Positions 42,870 through 53,446 of a stretch of 64,000 bases of DNA are shown here, piece after piece. Numbering within the stretch: the first letter of the stretch is position 1; every line of letters begins with the position of its first letter. The DNA is from Gammaproteobacteria bacterium (lineage in GTDB: Bacteria; Pseudomonadota; Gammaproteobacteria; Ga0077536): positions 2,432,001 to 2,496,000 of the forward strand of contig CAXXLL010000003.1 of NCBI GenBank assembly GCA_963662545.2, given 5' to 3'. Under the pieces are notes generated by a model. It was not told the DNA's origin. It did not search any database and was given only the letters and a program-made list of their open reading frames with translations. A program made the position numbers and the translations under genes.

Positions 42870-43652
42870 TCACCGTCCAATCCCGATCATTGATCTCATC
42901 GCGTCATTGGCTTCGAGCAACTCAGCTCGATGTTTGAGATCCAAGCCGATCTGCCGACATTCCTTTTTAGAAAACCTCGTCGCGAACGCCAGAATACTTA
43001 GAGCGAATCGTGGGCGCCCATCTGGTCCCTGTACGCAGGTGGACACTTTCACGACGCCACGGATGTGGTTCCCCATATCGATTGCAAATCCATCCTTTTT
43101 CGCTTGTTCAACTTGCGCGAAGTAATCCTCGAAAGACGGAGCATCCTCCCATTGTGTTTTCTCGAACTCTGTTCGCAGAGCGTCTTTCGTCAGATCCGAA
43201 CAGGCGGCGAAGCAGCGCCCGAATGCGCCAACAAAAAGCTGGAAGTCCTGGCCAACATCGATCTTGAATCGTAATGGCGAATCTCGCTCCACGACGTCCG
43301 TTATGATCGCGCGCTCGCGCCCGACCGGAAACATCACCACCGTTGTCGTGTCGAATTTTTTGGATAATTCTTCGATTTCCGTCCGTAGAATCTTATATTC
43401 AAGACGGTAAAGCGCTCCACGTGCGAGTTCGATTAGTCCCATAGCCGGAGAGTACTTTTTACTCCGTTCGTTAAAAACCAAAACACATTCGCTAGTGAGC
43501 GTTTTCAGCAGTCGAAAGCAACTGCTGGCGTTGATGCCCAAGTCGATGGCAATTCGGTTTGCTCCTACCGGTTCTTGGCACGCGTTCAGATAACGACTAA
43601 TGCGCAGAGCATTTCTCACCGAACGAATGCCGTTCTCTTTACTTTTTGCCAT
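42870..43652 (-). CDS. IclR family transcriptional regulator
   Basis: SVRNALRI HTH, GAFGRCFAA, DGFAID. Confidence 0.85.
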   Translation of the reverse strand: MAKSKENGIRSVRNALRISRYLNACQEPVGANRIAIDLGINASSCFRLLKTLTSECVLVFNERSKKYSPAMGLIELARGALYRLEYKILRTEIEELSKKFDTTTVVMFPVGRERAIITDVVERDSPLRFKIDVGQDFQLFVGAFGRCFAACSDLTKDALRTEFEKTQWEDAPSFEDYFAQVEQAKKDGFAIDMGNHIRGVVKVSTCVQGPDGRPRFALSILAFATRFSKKECRQIGLDLKHRAELLEANDAMRSMIGIGR

Positions 43653-43839
43653 AATCGATTGGCGTCTCCCTGATTGCGAGTCTGTCATCGAGCTGTGCTC
43701 GTCCGAAAACGAGCGGACGCGCCACGACCAGATCTGAAATGCCCGTGACCGCAGTCCGCGTAATTCTCCACTCTGAGGAGACGATGACCGAGCCGAAACA
43801 GATTGTCGCAGTGCCCATCGGCGCTTAGGCATCGTTGCG

Positions 43840-44180
43840 CTTGACCATCCAAACGAAACCCGCACATCTATCTTTACTTGCTCTCAAGTCGGTTCGTGCG
43901 AAACTTCCGCTCGGTTGTTTGCGTACCGATCTTGGAGGGTATCAACAAGATCGCCGTGTCGATCAGCGGCTCGCCAAAGATAACGACGTTGACATCGGTT
44001 TGAAACGACAACCTCGCTGAGAAACCAGCGCTCGCCTCGAGGTCCGTTAGATTTCTTGATCCGCCGAACGTACTCCGGATCGAATGTCAGACACCACTGT
44101 CGAATGTTTCGTAAGACATCGCAATACCACGTTCCACCAAAATGTCCTCGACGTCCCGGTAGCTGAGCGTGAAACACCCG
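43840..44180 (-). mobile_element. Degenerate IS6-family remnant
   Basis: FTLSYRDVEDILVERGI, YLWRA, NNRAE.SH.P in mixed frames. Confidence 0.7.
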
Positions 44181-44251
44181 CAGTGTGATTTTGATTCATG
44201 GGGACCGACCTAATCGATCAACACCGGAAAAATAAGTCGGTCCTCACTTTT

Positions 44252-46576
44252 TCAGAATTGGTACTGTATGGAACCGACGACCCGCCGGGGCTGCTCCAAG
44301 GTGCCGACGATGGCAGCGCCCGGGCTCACACCGCCTGGATTAACCAATGCTCCCCCGGCGAAATTCGGCAATTCTTGAGCGTCGATGTAATAGTCCTCAT
44401 CGAAAATATTTTCGACATGGAGGCCAATCTCCCAATTGCGCCACTCTATCCATGCACCCAGGTCGACGACCACAAATTCAGGGTTATTCCAAAACGGATA
44501 ATCGTCGCCCGGTGCATCAAAGAACTGCGCGTTCGTGGTCGCTGAGCCTTTATGGCGCACCTGTAGGCGGCTATTGAGGCGCATTTCGTGCTGCAGCTCG
44601 GTGTTGAATTGAATGGATCCCGTTGCACCGAAATCGGCTGTGTTGGGTGGGGTGGTTCCCGAAAGATCCGCACCGTTAACCGGCGAGATGACACCACTGT
44701 CCCACTCCGCATCGATGTAGCCCAAGCTCCCGTTAAGCGTCCAATGGTCGTCGAAGTAATACGTTATATCTAGTTCAACGCCCAAATTTTCGGAATCACC
44801 GACATTGATAATGCCTTCGACGAAAGCACCGGTAACGGGGTCTGTAGTCTGAAGCTCGAATTGGCGATCCCTGTAATCGATCAGAAAACCCGCCAGGGTA
44901 ACGACCACGCGGTCATCAAACAGCCGCCCCTTGTAGCCGATTTCGTACTGCGTTGCATGTTCCGCCCCGAAATCCAACAAACCACCGGCGGCGAAGCCGC
45001 TTAAGTTGAAATCGCCAGGTTCAAAACCCTGGGCGGCGTTTACGTACAACATATGTCGCTCGTCACCGGAATACCACGCAAGCGAGGCCCGCCCCAACAA
45101 TTCTGTTAGGACCTGCCGCCCAGCTTCGCCGGTAGCCCTATTGGTTCGCTCTGCTTCCCAACGGTCGACGCGCAATCCGCCTGCAATCTCGAAGTTTCTC
45201 CAGCGGTAGGAGCTATTCGCATAGCCGGCATACTGTTCGCGTTCACGGTGGCTGTGCTCTAATGGATCGGCGAGAAACACTGCGGACTCGGTCGCGTCAA
45301 GCGGGGGTGGTACTGGTAAGGGGAAACCTAAAAATCCCGCCCCACCGCGGAACAATAAGTCCGAGTCAAACTTTCTGCGGTATTCCAATAGATAGCCGCC
45401 GACCTGCCATTGCCATGGCCCAGCGTGCGTTGAAGTAAATCGCAACTCCTGGGTGATCACGTCCAACCGTTGAGGCCGGAAAATATCGAGGATGAATTCC
45501 GGATTAGCGTCGAGGTCAGTATCGCGATCGGAATCGGTGTCCGTATAAGAGGTAAGCGAGGTGATAGTAAACCAGTCGAAGTCGTAAGCGAGTTCCAAGG
45601 TAGCCGCGAAGGTTTCCCGGTCGTGGCGTGGACTGAAGCTAAAGTCAACTTCATCGCCGTATTCAAAGTTGCCACTGAGCTCTTGGAGCCAGACGTTGTT
45701 GGGCCCATCGAGCTCGTTCCAGCGAAACGTCGCATAGACATTGAACCGCTCGGTTATATCACCTGCCACGGCGACGCGAATACCGTACTCGTCGTATTCA
45801 CTAACGTCGTCGTCGGCTGTGCTGAGGCCACCGTTAGCACGGGGTGAACGACGATTGGTGTAGTACCCGTCGTCAGCTGAATAGAATCCGAAAACCCGCA
45901 CGGCCCACGTGTTTCCGAGCGGAATGTTCACTCGAGCGTCGACGTCGTAATAATGGTCTTCACCGGCGCGAGTCTTGATAGTGCTCGAAAATGCCTCCGG
46001 ATCCGGTCGCTTGGAGACGAATTTCACCGCGCCGCCAATATTCGCTCCGCCATACAGAATGCCCTGCGGCCCTTTCAGTACTTCGATTCGCTCGAGATCA
46101 CCGAACCGCGACGACGCATCCGCAAACAGTTGTACGCCATCCAGATAAAATCCGGTCCCCTGGGTGTTGCCAAACCCACCCAAGCCACGAATCGAGACGT
46201 TCGGGAAACCATCCGTCCGCCGACTCAAATATAAATTAGGCACCAAAAGCCCGATATCGGAGAGCCCGTTGATGTTGGCCTGCTCGACCATCTCCCCGGA
46301 AAAAGTTTGAATGGACTCCGGGATCTCCAGCAGGTTCTCTTCGCGCTTCCGGGCCGTTACAAGAACCTCTTCCAATATCGGTCCGGATTGCGCTTCCGCT
46401 GTCGATTCGGTTTGCGCCATGACCGCCTGACTCGATACCAACAAGACCGGCGACGCGATCACAAGAGCGGCGGCGAATGCCGCGAGCCCGCAGGCGGATC
46501 CGGCATGAACGTTTGTCTTATCGTGAAAATTTCCCGCGCGGATGCTCGTCCATTTTTCGGCGACGTACTTCATCAT
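44252..46576 (-). CDS. TonB-dependent receptor
   Basis: LEEVLVTARKREE, IEVLKGPQG.LYG, ENIFDEDY, terminal YQF. Confidence 0.95.
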   Translation of the reverse strand: MMKYVAEKWTSIRAGNFHDKTNVHAGSACGLAAFAAALVIASPVLLVSSQAVMAQTESTAEAQSGPILEEVLVTARKREENLLEIPESIQTFSGEMVEQANINGLSDIGLLVPNLYLSRRTDGFPNVSIRGLGGFGNTQGTGFYLDGVQLFADASSRFGDLERIEVLKGPQGILYGGANIGGAVKFVSKRPDPEAFSSTIKTRAGEDHYYDVDARVNIPLGNTWAVRVFGFYSADDGYYTNRRSPRANGGLSTADDDVSEYDEYGIRVAVAGDITERFNVYATFRWNELDGPNNVWLQELSGNFEYGDEVDFSFSPRHDRETFAATLELAYDFDWFTITSLTSYTDTDSDRDTDLDANPEFILDIFRPQRLDVITQELRFTSTHAGPWQWQVGGYLLEYRRKFDSDLLFRGGAGFLGFPLPVPPPLDATESAVFLADPLEHSHREREQYAGYANSSYRWRNFEIAGGLRVDRWEAERTNRATGEAGRQVLTELLGRASLAWYSGDERHMLYVNAAQGFEPGDFNLSGFAAGGLLDFGAEHATQYEIGYKGRLFDDRVVVTLAGFLIDYRDRQFELQTTDPVTGAFVEGIINVGDSENLGVELDITYYFDDHWTLNGSLGYIDAEWDSGVISPVNGADLSGTTPPNTADFGATGSIQFNTELQHEMRLNSRLQVRHKGSATTNAQFFDAPGDDYPFWNNPEFVVVDLGAWIEWRNWEIGLHVENIFDEDYYIDAQELPNFAGGALVNPGGVSPGAAIVGTLEQPRRVVGSIQYQF

Positions 46577-46646
46577 CTGTATAATCCTCCCACAGGTGTC
46601 AACAGCACTGCTCCAATTGGTGTGTTGCGCCGCAGCGTGATTGACG

Positions 46647-47711
46647 TTAATACTTGGCGATGATCTCGCGACCGATTTCTGAAATCAACTCGCGCCCGTC
46701 GGTGCCGGTTACCCGGAACACCACACTCTTAGTGCCCGCCTCCTCCATCGCCTTCAGTTGCTCGATAACTTCGGCACCTGAGCCGACGAAGGTCGTGGCC
46801 CTGATTAACTCCTCTGAAACAAAACGCTTTTCCTCCGGCTTCAAATATATGAGATGCCCTTCATGAATTTCCTGATAGCGCTTCTCCATCGGGGTGGACA
46901 TCTTCATGATGCACTCGTCGCGGTAACGCTTGGCCAGGTCATACAGTGACGGCGGAGCAAAGGGACCGACCGGAATCTCGTCGGGGCTCCAAAGGGTATG
47001 GAGTCGAAGCATCGCCCACGGGCCGATCCGGTCTACGACCCGCGGTGACATCGGCGTTTCTCCGGGCCGCAACACACACCCGCCGATCAGTACGACGACG
47101 TCGAATGCGTCGCTGGTGTGGCCCGTCGCTTCTATGTCCTTGATTCCATTGCGCACGAACTCAGGGTCGTTGGTCAGCGTAATCCAGCCTTCGGCCTTGA
47201 GTTCGCCAGTAGTCCTGATCGCGTTGGGGCCGTTCGCCGCAACATAGACCGGAATCGGGTCGTGCATATTGACGAAACCCATGTCGGGATGTAGATGGCG
47301 GATTTCGCGAGCGCGCTTGCCCTCGCGATAGGTGGCCTCCTCGCCCGCCACCATCTTGCGGAACACCGCGACATCGTCCCTGACCACACGCCACGGCTGC
47401 GCCGGCATCCCCATTACGTTACGCGCGCTGAAGCCGCTGCCGACGCCGTAGATGATACGGCCCGGGGCGAGCTCGTTGAGCGTCGCCATCGCCGTGACAA
47501 CCGTCGGAGTGGCCCGATTGCCGGCGATTATCACAAATGTCCCCAACTTGATGTGGCTGGTGTGCTCGGCGGCCAACGCCATCGTGCAGAAGACGTCACT
47601 GTAGCACATGTGCGAGTCGTCAAACCACGCGTGGTCAAAGCCGCAATCTTCGGCCCGCTTTACATCCTCCCAAGCGCGGATGTAAGTGGGAAAACTGACA
47701 CCAAATTCCAT
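46647..47711 (-). CDS. LLM-class (Mer-like) oxidoreductase
   Basis: GFDHAWFDDSH, TLNELAPGR, IPVYVAANGP. Confidence 0.85.
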   Translation of the reverse strand: MEFGVSFPTYIRAWEDVKRAEDCGFDHAWFDDSHMCYSDVFCTMALAAEHTSHIKLGTFVIIAGNRATPTVVTAMATLNELAPGRIIYGVGSGFSARNVMGMPAQPWRVVRDDVAVFRKMVAGEEATYREGKRAREIRHLHPDMGFVNMHDPIPVYVAANGPNAIRTTGELKAEGWITLTNDPEFVRNGIKDIEATGHTSDAFDVVVLIGGCVLRPGETPMSPRVVDRIGPWAMLRLHTLWSPDEIPVGPFAPPSLYDLAKRYRDECIMKMSTPMEKRYQEIHEGHLIYLKPEEKRFVSEELIRATTFVGSGAEVIEQLKAMEEAGTKSVVFRVTGTDGRELISEIGREIIAKY

Positions 47712-48035
47712 GATAACCCCCCTGTTGTTAGAAGGGATGGTTCGGCTTAAGCCCGGTCTCCGTCCCGGTTCGGCAGTCGGTCTCCGTCCATTTCAATGCG
47801 CCCGCTTAGGCCCGCCCTTCTTGATGTTTCCGGCTAGATTATCATCCCAATAATGCAATTACGAGCGATTACCAGCCAATGATCCCAATCGTAACCAGTG
47901 CAAGGATCGTTACAGCACGTTGGGTTCTTAAACGGGCTGAGAGCCCAGGAGAAGGTTCGGCTGAAATGACGGGCAGAAAAGCGTCGATCCGGCCTTACCC
48001 GATGTCGAGGGTGAGTCGGGTAAAGCGAAAACAGA

Positions 48036-48662
48036 TCAAACGGCCTCGCCCTGCCAGTCGAATGGGGCGAAATGACCGTTCGTACGTTCTTCGTTGTCTT
48101 CCCACTCAATGCCAAAGCATCGGATTACATTTTTCACAGCGGTAGCCAGGTTAAGCCGCCGGTTTGCCGGGTGGCGGGTATTATCAATACATACGAATTC
48201 GCCCGGTTTCGCGACGCTCTCAACACCTACGAGCGATTGATCGATCATGCCGTCGACAACCACGCTGACGTTGCCGCCACTTTTTTCAAATTTTATCTCG
48301 GCGCGTTCGACCCCGCGAAAATCGGATATCAGCGAGGCAAGCCGTCCCAATGGACCATTACCTTCCACGCTCGCGATCACGGCAACACCGGCAGCCTGCT
48401 CATCACTGGCGCCGTGATCGATGATCAAACCGGCGATCCATTCGCCATGCGACATAATGGCCTTGGTTTCGGCGACCAGGATAAACTGCACCCCGGCCAT
48501 CGACGTCGTGCCGTAGTAACCTTCGCGAATTTCAAATGCTAGCGCGACTTTGCAGGAGTCGTGCGTTGCGGGTGTCGTTGAATTCCTTGGGATACACGGA
48601 CACAAGAAGTCGCAATTGCATGCTTCCATATACTCACCCGAAGCGGACCATGACGTGGACAC
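48036..48662 (-). CDS. DUF1326 family protein
   Basis: GEYMEACNCDFLCPC...C, NGHFAPFDW. Confidence 0.8.
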   Translation of the reverse strand: MSTSWSASGEYMEACNCDFLCPCIPRNSTTPATHDSCKVALAFEIREGYYGTTSMAGVQFILVAETKAIMSHGEWIAGLIIDHGASDEQAAGVAVIASVEGNGPLGRLASLISDFRGVERAEIKFEKSGGNVSVVVDGMIDQSLVGVESVAKPGEFVCIDNTRHPANRRLNLATAVKNVIRCFGIEWEDNEERTNGHFAPFDWQGEAV

Positions 48663-48799
48663 TATGACTTCCCCTTTTCAGTTTCGGTTTTCGATGCTGG
48701 TATAGATTATAGATTAAGGGGTGAAGTCAACCGCGCGTAAGTCGGGGTGTACGCCACCAACAATGAGCGCCTACGCTTCTAGCGCGTCAAGGCACCGAC

Positions 48800-48982
48800 A
48801 AACGTGGAACTGGAAACGCTTGTGCAACGCCTCAGCGTGCGCATCGGCCGGCACCGTGAGTGCCAGGGCCTGCTGGTCCGGGATATCGACAACACTTATC
48901 TCGCCTTCGAGCCGCACGATAACGAAAGCATGGCCCGACTCGCTCCGCTCATCCCTGAACCGCGGGTCAATCTCATTAGGTG
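48800..48982 (+). mobile_element. ISCR/IS91 transposase fragment with an internal deletion
   Basis: RIGRH..QGLLVRDIDNTYL joined to MARLAPLIPEPRVNLIR. Confidence 0.7.
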
Positions 48983-49006
48983 CAGGTGGCGAGGCTCGCG
49001 GCGGCG

Positions 49007-49477
49007 TCAAGCGCCGTTCTCGGCACCTTCTTCGAGGTTCTCCGTGGCGTCGCTCTTGGGTTTTCTCGAAAAGAGCTCGTAGAGGCCTTCTAAAGGACCG
49101 ACTTCGGTACCGTCGAGTTTCTTTATGCCCCGGATCAAGCTGCGCTGCGAAAAGCTGCCTCTGACGATGATCCCGTCCATACCGAACCCGCACAGCCGGC
49201 CGTCACGGTTGCCGTCTTCAAAGGCGATCGCGTCCCGGAATCTCAGGCCGTGGAGCGGGAACGACAAGGTTACGACGTACGGCTGCCTGCGCGACGGCGA
49301 CCATACGATCAGATTGCGGTCATCGAGAACCTTCCAGTTCTGGATACTGCGAAAGAACATGCAATCGTTGTCGGCGGTGAGATAGTGTTTCCCGTCGTCG
49401 TCGGCTGCCGCCGGACCGCTGAACGCGGCCAGACAGAGCAGGGCACCGGGGAGAAAGTGCTTACAACTCGTCTTCAT
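49007..49477 (-). CDS. Exported protein, DUF6491-like
   Basis: Signal peptide; C...SIQNWKVLDDRNLIV, RLCG.GMD. Confidence 0.6.
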   Translation of the reverse strand: MKTSCKHFLPGALLCLAAFSGPAAADDDGKHYLTADNDCMFFRSIQNWKVLDDRNLIVWSPSRRQPYVVTLSFPLHGLRFRDAIAFEDGNRDGRLCGFGMDGIIVRGSFSQRSLIRGIKKLDGTEVGPLEGLYELFSRKPKSDATENLEEGAENGA

Positions 49478-49570
49478 CGATGCTCTCGTAATGGCGGGGG
49501 TGCGTCCCGCCTCGTAATATAGACAGACGCCAGGCACGTATAGTTCGTATATCTGAGTACCGCGCATACC

Positions 49571-50182
49571 GTGATCCGTTCAATCTGTCGGGCAAAGTTG
49601 GCGATAGGTCTGCTGCTGCTGGCGGCTGCAGGCGCTGCCGTGGAAGACCAGACCACTTCGGCCGGTCCGGACAGCAGGTCGGCAATCGCCGCATTCGAAA
49701 CCGCGTTGGCGGCGCTGGAACGCGACGGCGGCGCGCAGGATCCCGGGCTGACCGAGCTGCTGATCGGTCTGGCCAGGAGCTACGAAGGGGCACGTCGGGA
49801 GAGCGAGGCGTTGCAGGCGTACCGGCGTGCCTGGCATGTCCAGCGCATCAACGTCGGCCTGCACAACTTGCAGCAGGAGCCACTCGTCGATGCGATCATC
49901 GCGCTCGAGGCCAGGCGCCACAACTGGGAAGCCGTGGCGGACAGCCATGACTACCTGCTGTGGCTTTACCGCCGCAACTACAGCGACCACGATCCGCGCT
50001 GGCTGCCTGCGGCGAAACGGCTGCGCCGCTGGCACCTCGACGCCTACCGATTACCCACCGGCCGTGAGTTCAGCGACCACCTGGATGCGCAGATCTGGTT
50101 GTACCGAAAAGCCATCGACATCATCGAGACGCACACCGGTGATCGCAGACTCGCGCAGTGTTTCTGGGATGAACGTTGTTGA
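49571..50182 (+). CDS. Exported TPR-like protein, homologous to the N-terminal part of 41454-42642
   Basis: RAWHVQRINVGLHNLQQEPL, WHL...LPTG. Confidence 0.6.
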   Translation: MIRSICRAKLAIGLLLLAAAGAAVEDQTTSAGPDSRSAIAAFETALAALERDGGAQDPGLTELLIGLARSYEGARRESEALQAYRRAWHVQRINVGLHNLQQEPLVDAIIALEARRHNWEAVADSHDYLLWLYRRNYSDHDPRWLPAAKRLRRWHLDAYRLPTGREFSDHLDAQIWLYRKAIDIIETHTGDRRLAQCFWDERC

Positions 50183-50194
50183 GAGTCGGCCCAC

Positions 50195-50315
50195 GCGAAG
50201 CATCCTTGCCGGCCTGAACGGCATCACGCTGTCGTGGGTGAATTATCTCGACGATCTGAAGCAATTCGAACAGACCGTGCTCCCGCTGCTGCGGGAAGTC
50301 CGCCTCAGGGAATGA
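50195..50315 (+). pseudogene. C-terminal fragment of an LLM monooxygenase
   Basis: AGLNGITLSWVNYLDDLKQFEQTVLPLL. Confidence 0.55.
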
Positions 50316-50415
50316 ACTAGCCCGGATATTTCACCAGTACGCGGGATGATCGCGCCGGCGAGGTTCGACGGAGCGCAAGACCCCATACCGCGATGGGACT
50401 ACACACGTCATCTTT

Positions 50416-50486
50416 ATTCCGGGCATCCTGCCCCCCACCCTTCGGGCCAGCCTACGGCTGTTCAAAATCGCTCCCGGCGATTTTGT
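50416..50486 (+). repeat. Four-hairpin element, copy A (71 nt)
   Basis: Removal restores ATC TTT GAG (I-F-E) of the ISCR transposase. Confidence 0.8.
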
Positions 50487-50500
50487 GAGGCGCTGGAATT

Positions 50501-50572
50501 GATGGCGCACTTCCCTGTGCGCCACCCTTCGGGCGACCTCCGGTCTTCCAATTTCATTCCCGATGAAATTGT
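50501..50572 (+). repeat. Four-hairpin element, copy B (72 nt)
   Basis: Same architecture; lies between the LE and HGVF codons of the ISCR transposase. Confidence 0.8.
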
Positions 50573-51376
50573 CACGGCGTGTTCGTACCGAACAGCACAC
50601 ACCGCGCGCGGGTAACACCGGCCAAGCGGGGCAGGGGCGGTCAGCGTACTGCGCCGATAGATCCGGAGGAGCCGACACCGGCGGAACGCCGCGCTGCCAT
50701 GAGCTTTAAGCACAACGCCTGAAACGAGTCTTCGTCATTGACATCGAGATATTCCCGACTTGCGCGGGGCCGTGCGGATCATCGCCTGCATCGAAAACGC
50801 CGTGATCATCGAGCAGATCCTCAGCCACCTTGACAAGAGAAGTGTCGTGGCCGAATTCTCCCGGCTGCCGCCATGCCGGGCGCCACCCCACACGAGCCTG
50901 TTCGACTGAACCTGGCTGCCCAGTGAGCCACACTCACGGCTGCGATACTGAGCGTCGCGGCAAAGGTGGCAGCTGACCAGAAGGTCGGCACCCAGCGCCG
51001 GCAGTCGCGTGGCCGAGGTCAATTCGGGAGGCGTCATGTCAGTCTGAGGCACTTCATGGCTCAGAGCGACGGCCGAGCGACGAAAGCAAGGAGGGAAAGC
51101 TGCCGAAGAAAGGCCGTTTATACCGCTTACACGTGCGACCGAAGCACGACGAAACTGAGTGGATAGAGATACGGACCTGCAATCCGAATAGATCGTCCTT
51201 TCGCTTTTGCCCACACCCGACGAGATCATCCAATCTCGGCCTTCCGCCATCCCTAGTATTTGCGGAGTTCTACCGAACTCAGTTCGGATCGCGGCCCTCG
51301 CAGCCAGAAGACGTGACAGCCAATGTCACACACGGCAGCGGCGGTCGTTCTGTCCCCAGGCCCGTGAGGGGCGCGA

Positions 51377-52108
51377 TCACGTGCGATAGGCCGGGTCTTC
51401 ACGGTCGAGGTGGCGTAGGAGGGCCTGGAAGCCAACCTCGCCAAAGTTGCGGTCGCCGACGCCTTGCGCTGTCCTGACGGTGTGTTCGACCACGTCCGGC
51501 GGTGGTATGACGAGGTCTCCACCGCCCGCTTGCGCCGCGATCTGGATCTCACATGCGCGTTGGAGGTGGTCCATCAGGGTGTACGCCTCGGTGATCGTGC
51601 GGCCGTGCGTCAACGTGCCGTGGTTACGGAGAAACATCATGCGCTTGTTGCCGAGGTGCTCGACGAAACGCGGCCGCTCCTCAGCTCTGAGACCTGGACC
51701 CTCGTAATCGTGGTAGGCGAACTGTCCATGATACGTGATGCCGAACTGGTTGAGCGGCAGCAGGCCTTCTTTTTGGGCTGAGACGGCGATCCCGGCGACC
51801 GTATGTAAATGCATGACCGAGCCTGCCTCGGGAACGGCATCATAGGTGGTCTTGTGGACGATCCAGCCGGCGGCGTTCGCCTCGCCGGGCGAGGAGCCAA
51901 CGTTGTTGCCATCGCGATCGATCGTCAGCAGCGTGGACGCGGTCACCTCATCGAACAACATGCCAAAAGCGATGAAGAGGAAGCGCTCCGTTTGATCGGG
52001 CAAGCGCGCCGAGAGATGCGTGAAGATCCCATCGTCGAGGTTGCGGCGCGCAAAATCACGGTAGCATGCCGCTAGCTGGAGCCGGGTTTCCCGTTCGTCG
52101 GCAGTCAT
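51377..52108 (-). CDS. Class II aldolase/adducin family protein
   Basis: THLSAR, FDEVTAS, VMHLHT, LRNHG. Confidence 0.9.
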   Translation of the reverse strand: MTADERETRLQLAACYRDFARRNLDDGIFTHLSARLPDQTERFLFIAFGMLFDEVTASTLLTIDRDGNNVGSSPGEANAAGWIVHKTTYDAVPEAGSVMHLHTVAGIAVSAQKEGLLPLNQFGITYHGQFAYHDYEGPGLRAEERPRFVEHLGNKRMMFLRNHGTLTHGRTITEAYTLMDHLQRACEIQIAAQAGGGDLVIPPPDVVEHTVRTAQGVGDRNFGEVGFQALLRHLDREDPAYRT

Positions 52109-52387
52109 CTCACATCCCTCCTCCCAAAAACAGCCCTGGTCGCAAACCGCCTACCAGCGCCCAAACCGAAGAAATGGAAGGGCGACAGCTCGAACGTCAG
52201 GAAGACGGGCTCGTCCCGTTCGAGGTGCGGCTGCCCATCGTGCTTCCGGCGGCTCCGATCTGGGTGTATTCAGGTCGGCAGTAACGTCGATGGTCGCGCC
52301 GACGGTGACCGACGGCCGACCGCCACGCGCCGCGATCACGTTCCGGTCACCACTGCTGAGATGAATGAGCGCACGCGCTTCATCGCC

Positions 52388-53164
52388 TCAGTCCGTTCCA
52401 AAATAGAAATTCAGCATAGCGTCGGTGACCTCATGCGGACACTCGACAGGCGTCCAGTGTCCACATTCCGTAAGAATGAACATCTCGGCATCGCCGATCG
52501 ATTCCACGAGGCGCTTCACCGCAGCGGGCGGGGCAACCGCATCCTCATCGCCGGTTATGAGGAGTGTCGGGCAGGTTATCGCCGTCAGGTCTGCTGATTG
52601 TGCCGCCGACAAGGCCTCGCAGTTGCGCGCATATCCTTCCGCCGATTGGCGCACCAGCAATTCGCGCACGAAGGCGGCTCGCTCGGAATGGCTGACCTTG
52701 GTTGCCGCGGACGTTGCGACCTGGACGAGCGTGTCGCTGACGGGCCGCATGTCCTCGCTGCGCGCGGTTGCCGCCCGGTCACGAAGGGCTCCACGCGCCG
52801 GCTCGGGAGGCTCGGCGAGCGGACCCAGAAGAACGAGGCTCTTGACGCGCTGGGGCTGCGCTGCGGCAACGTGCTGGCAAACAATCGTGCCCATCGAATG
52901 TCCCGCGAGGTGCGCCGAACTGATACCGCGACTATCCATGAGCGCCACGACATCGGCCACGTGGCTGGCGATCGTGATGTCGCCCTGAGCGGGCGTGAAG
53001 CCCGAGCCTTCGAGGTCGGGCCGGATCACCGTGAAGAAACGGCGCAACGCACCAACCTGAGGTCCCCACACGTTCGCGTTGCCCCCGAGCCCATGCACCA
53101 TAATCAGGGCATCGCCTTCACCGTCCGTCTCGACCGAGTACTCTTTGTCGTTGAGCGATTCCAT
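52388..53164 (-). CDS. Alpha/beta hydrolase
   Basis: VHGLGG, GHSMG, GDED, CGHWTPVE; paralog of 38674-39453. Confidence 0.85.
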   Translation of the reverse strand: MESLNDKEYSVETDGEGDALIMVHGLGGNANVWGPQVGALRRFFTVIRPDLEGSGFTPAQGDITIASHVADVVALMDSRGISSAHLAGHSMGTIVCQHVAAAQPQRVKSLVLLGPLAEPPEPARGALRDRAATARSEDMRPVSDTLVQVATSAATKVSHSERAAFVRELLVRQSAEGYARNCEALSAAQSADLTAITCPTLLITGDEDAVAPPAAVKRLVESIGDAEMFILTECGHWTPVECPHEVTDAMLNFYFGTD

Positions 53165-53397
53165 CTCACCCCCCCAAGCTTCGCATGAGACGTAACAGCG
53201 CATACTTGCAGAATTGGCCGCAGGTGACGAGGGGGTGTCGTCCTGCCCCGACAGCCTGAGGCCACCCGTGCTACTGGATATCAGGCGTGGACGGCCTTTG
53301 GATTCTGGCGCCGAACTCGGCGCTGGCGGCGTTGCCGCGCTTGGAAATAGAACCACTAACGCGTGCGCACGGCGCCTTGCCTAAGAAAATGATATGG

Positions 53398-53446
53398 CCG
53401 ATTTCAGGGCGCAACACGGCCTCGTATAATTTTGAGACCGCTTCTA
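53398..53446. repeat. 49-bp inverted repeat (MITE-end-like), left of the monooxygenase
   Basis: Reverse complement of 54729-54777 with 3 mismatches. Confidence 0.85.

Larger units (their letters stand above)
50357..51133 (+). mobile_element. ISCR/IS91 transposase 3' remnant with an oriIS-like end
   Basis: KTPYRDGTTHVIFE, HGVF.PNS, QRLKRVF.IDIE, LPPCRAPP..LFD*; end AAAGGCCGTTTATACCGCTTACACG. Confidence 0.8.
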
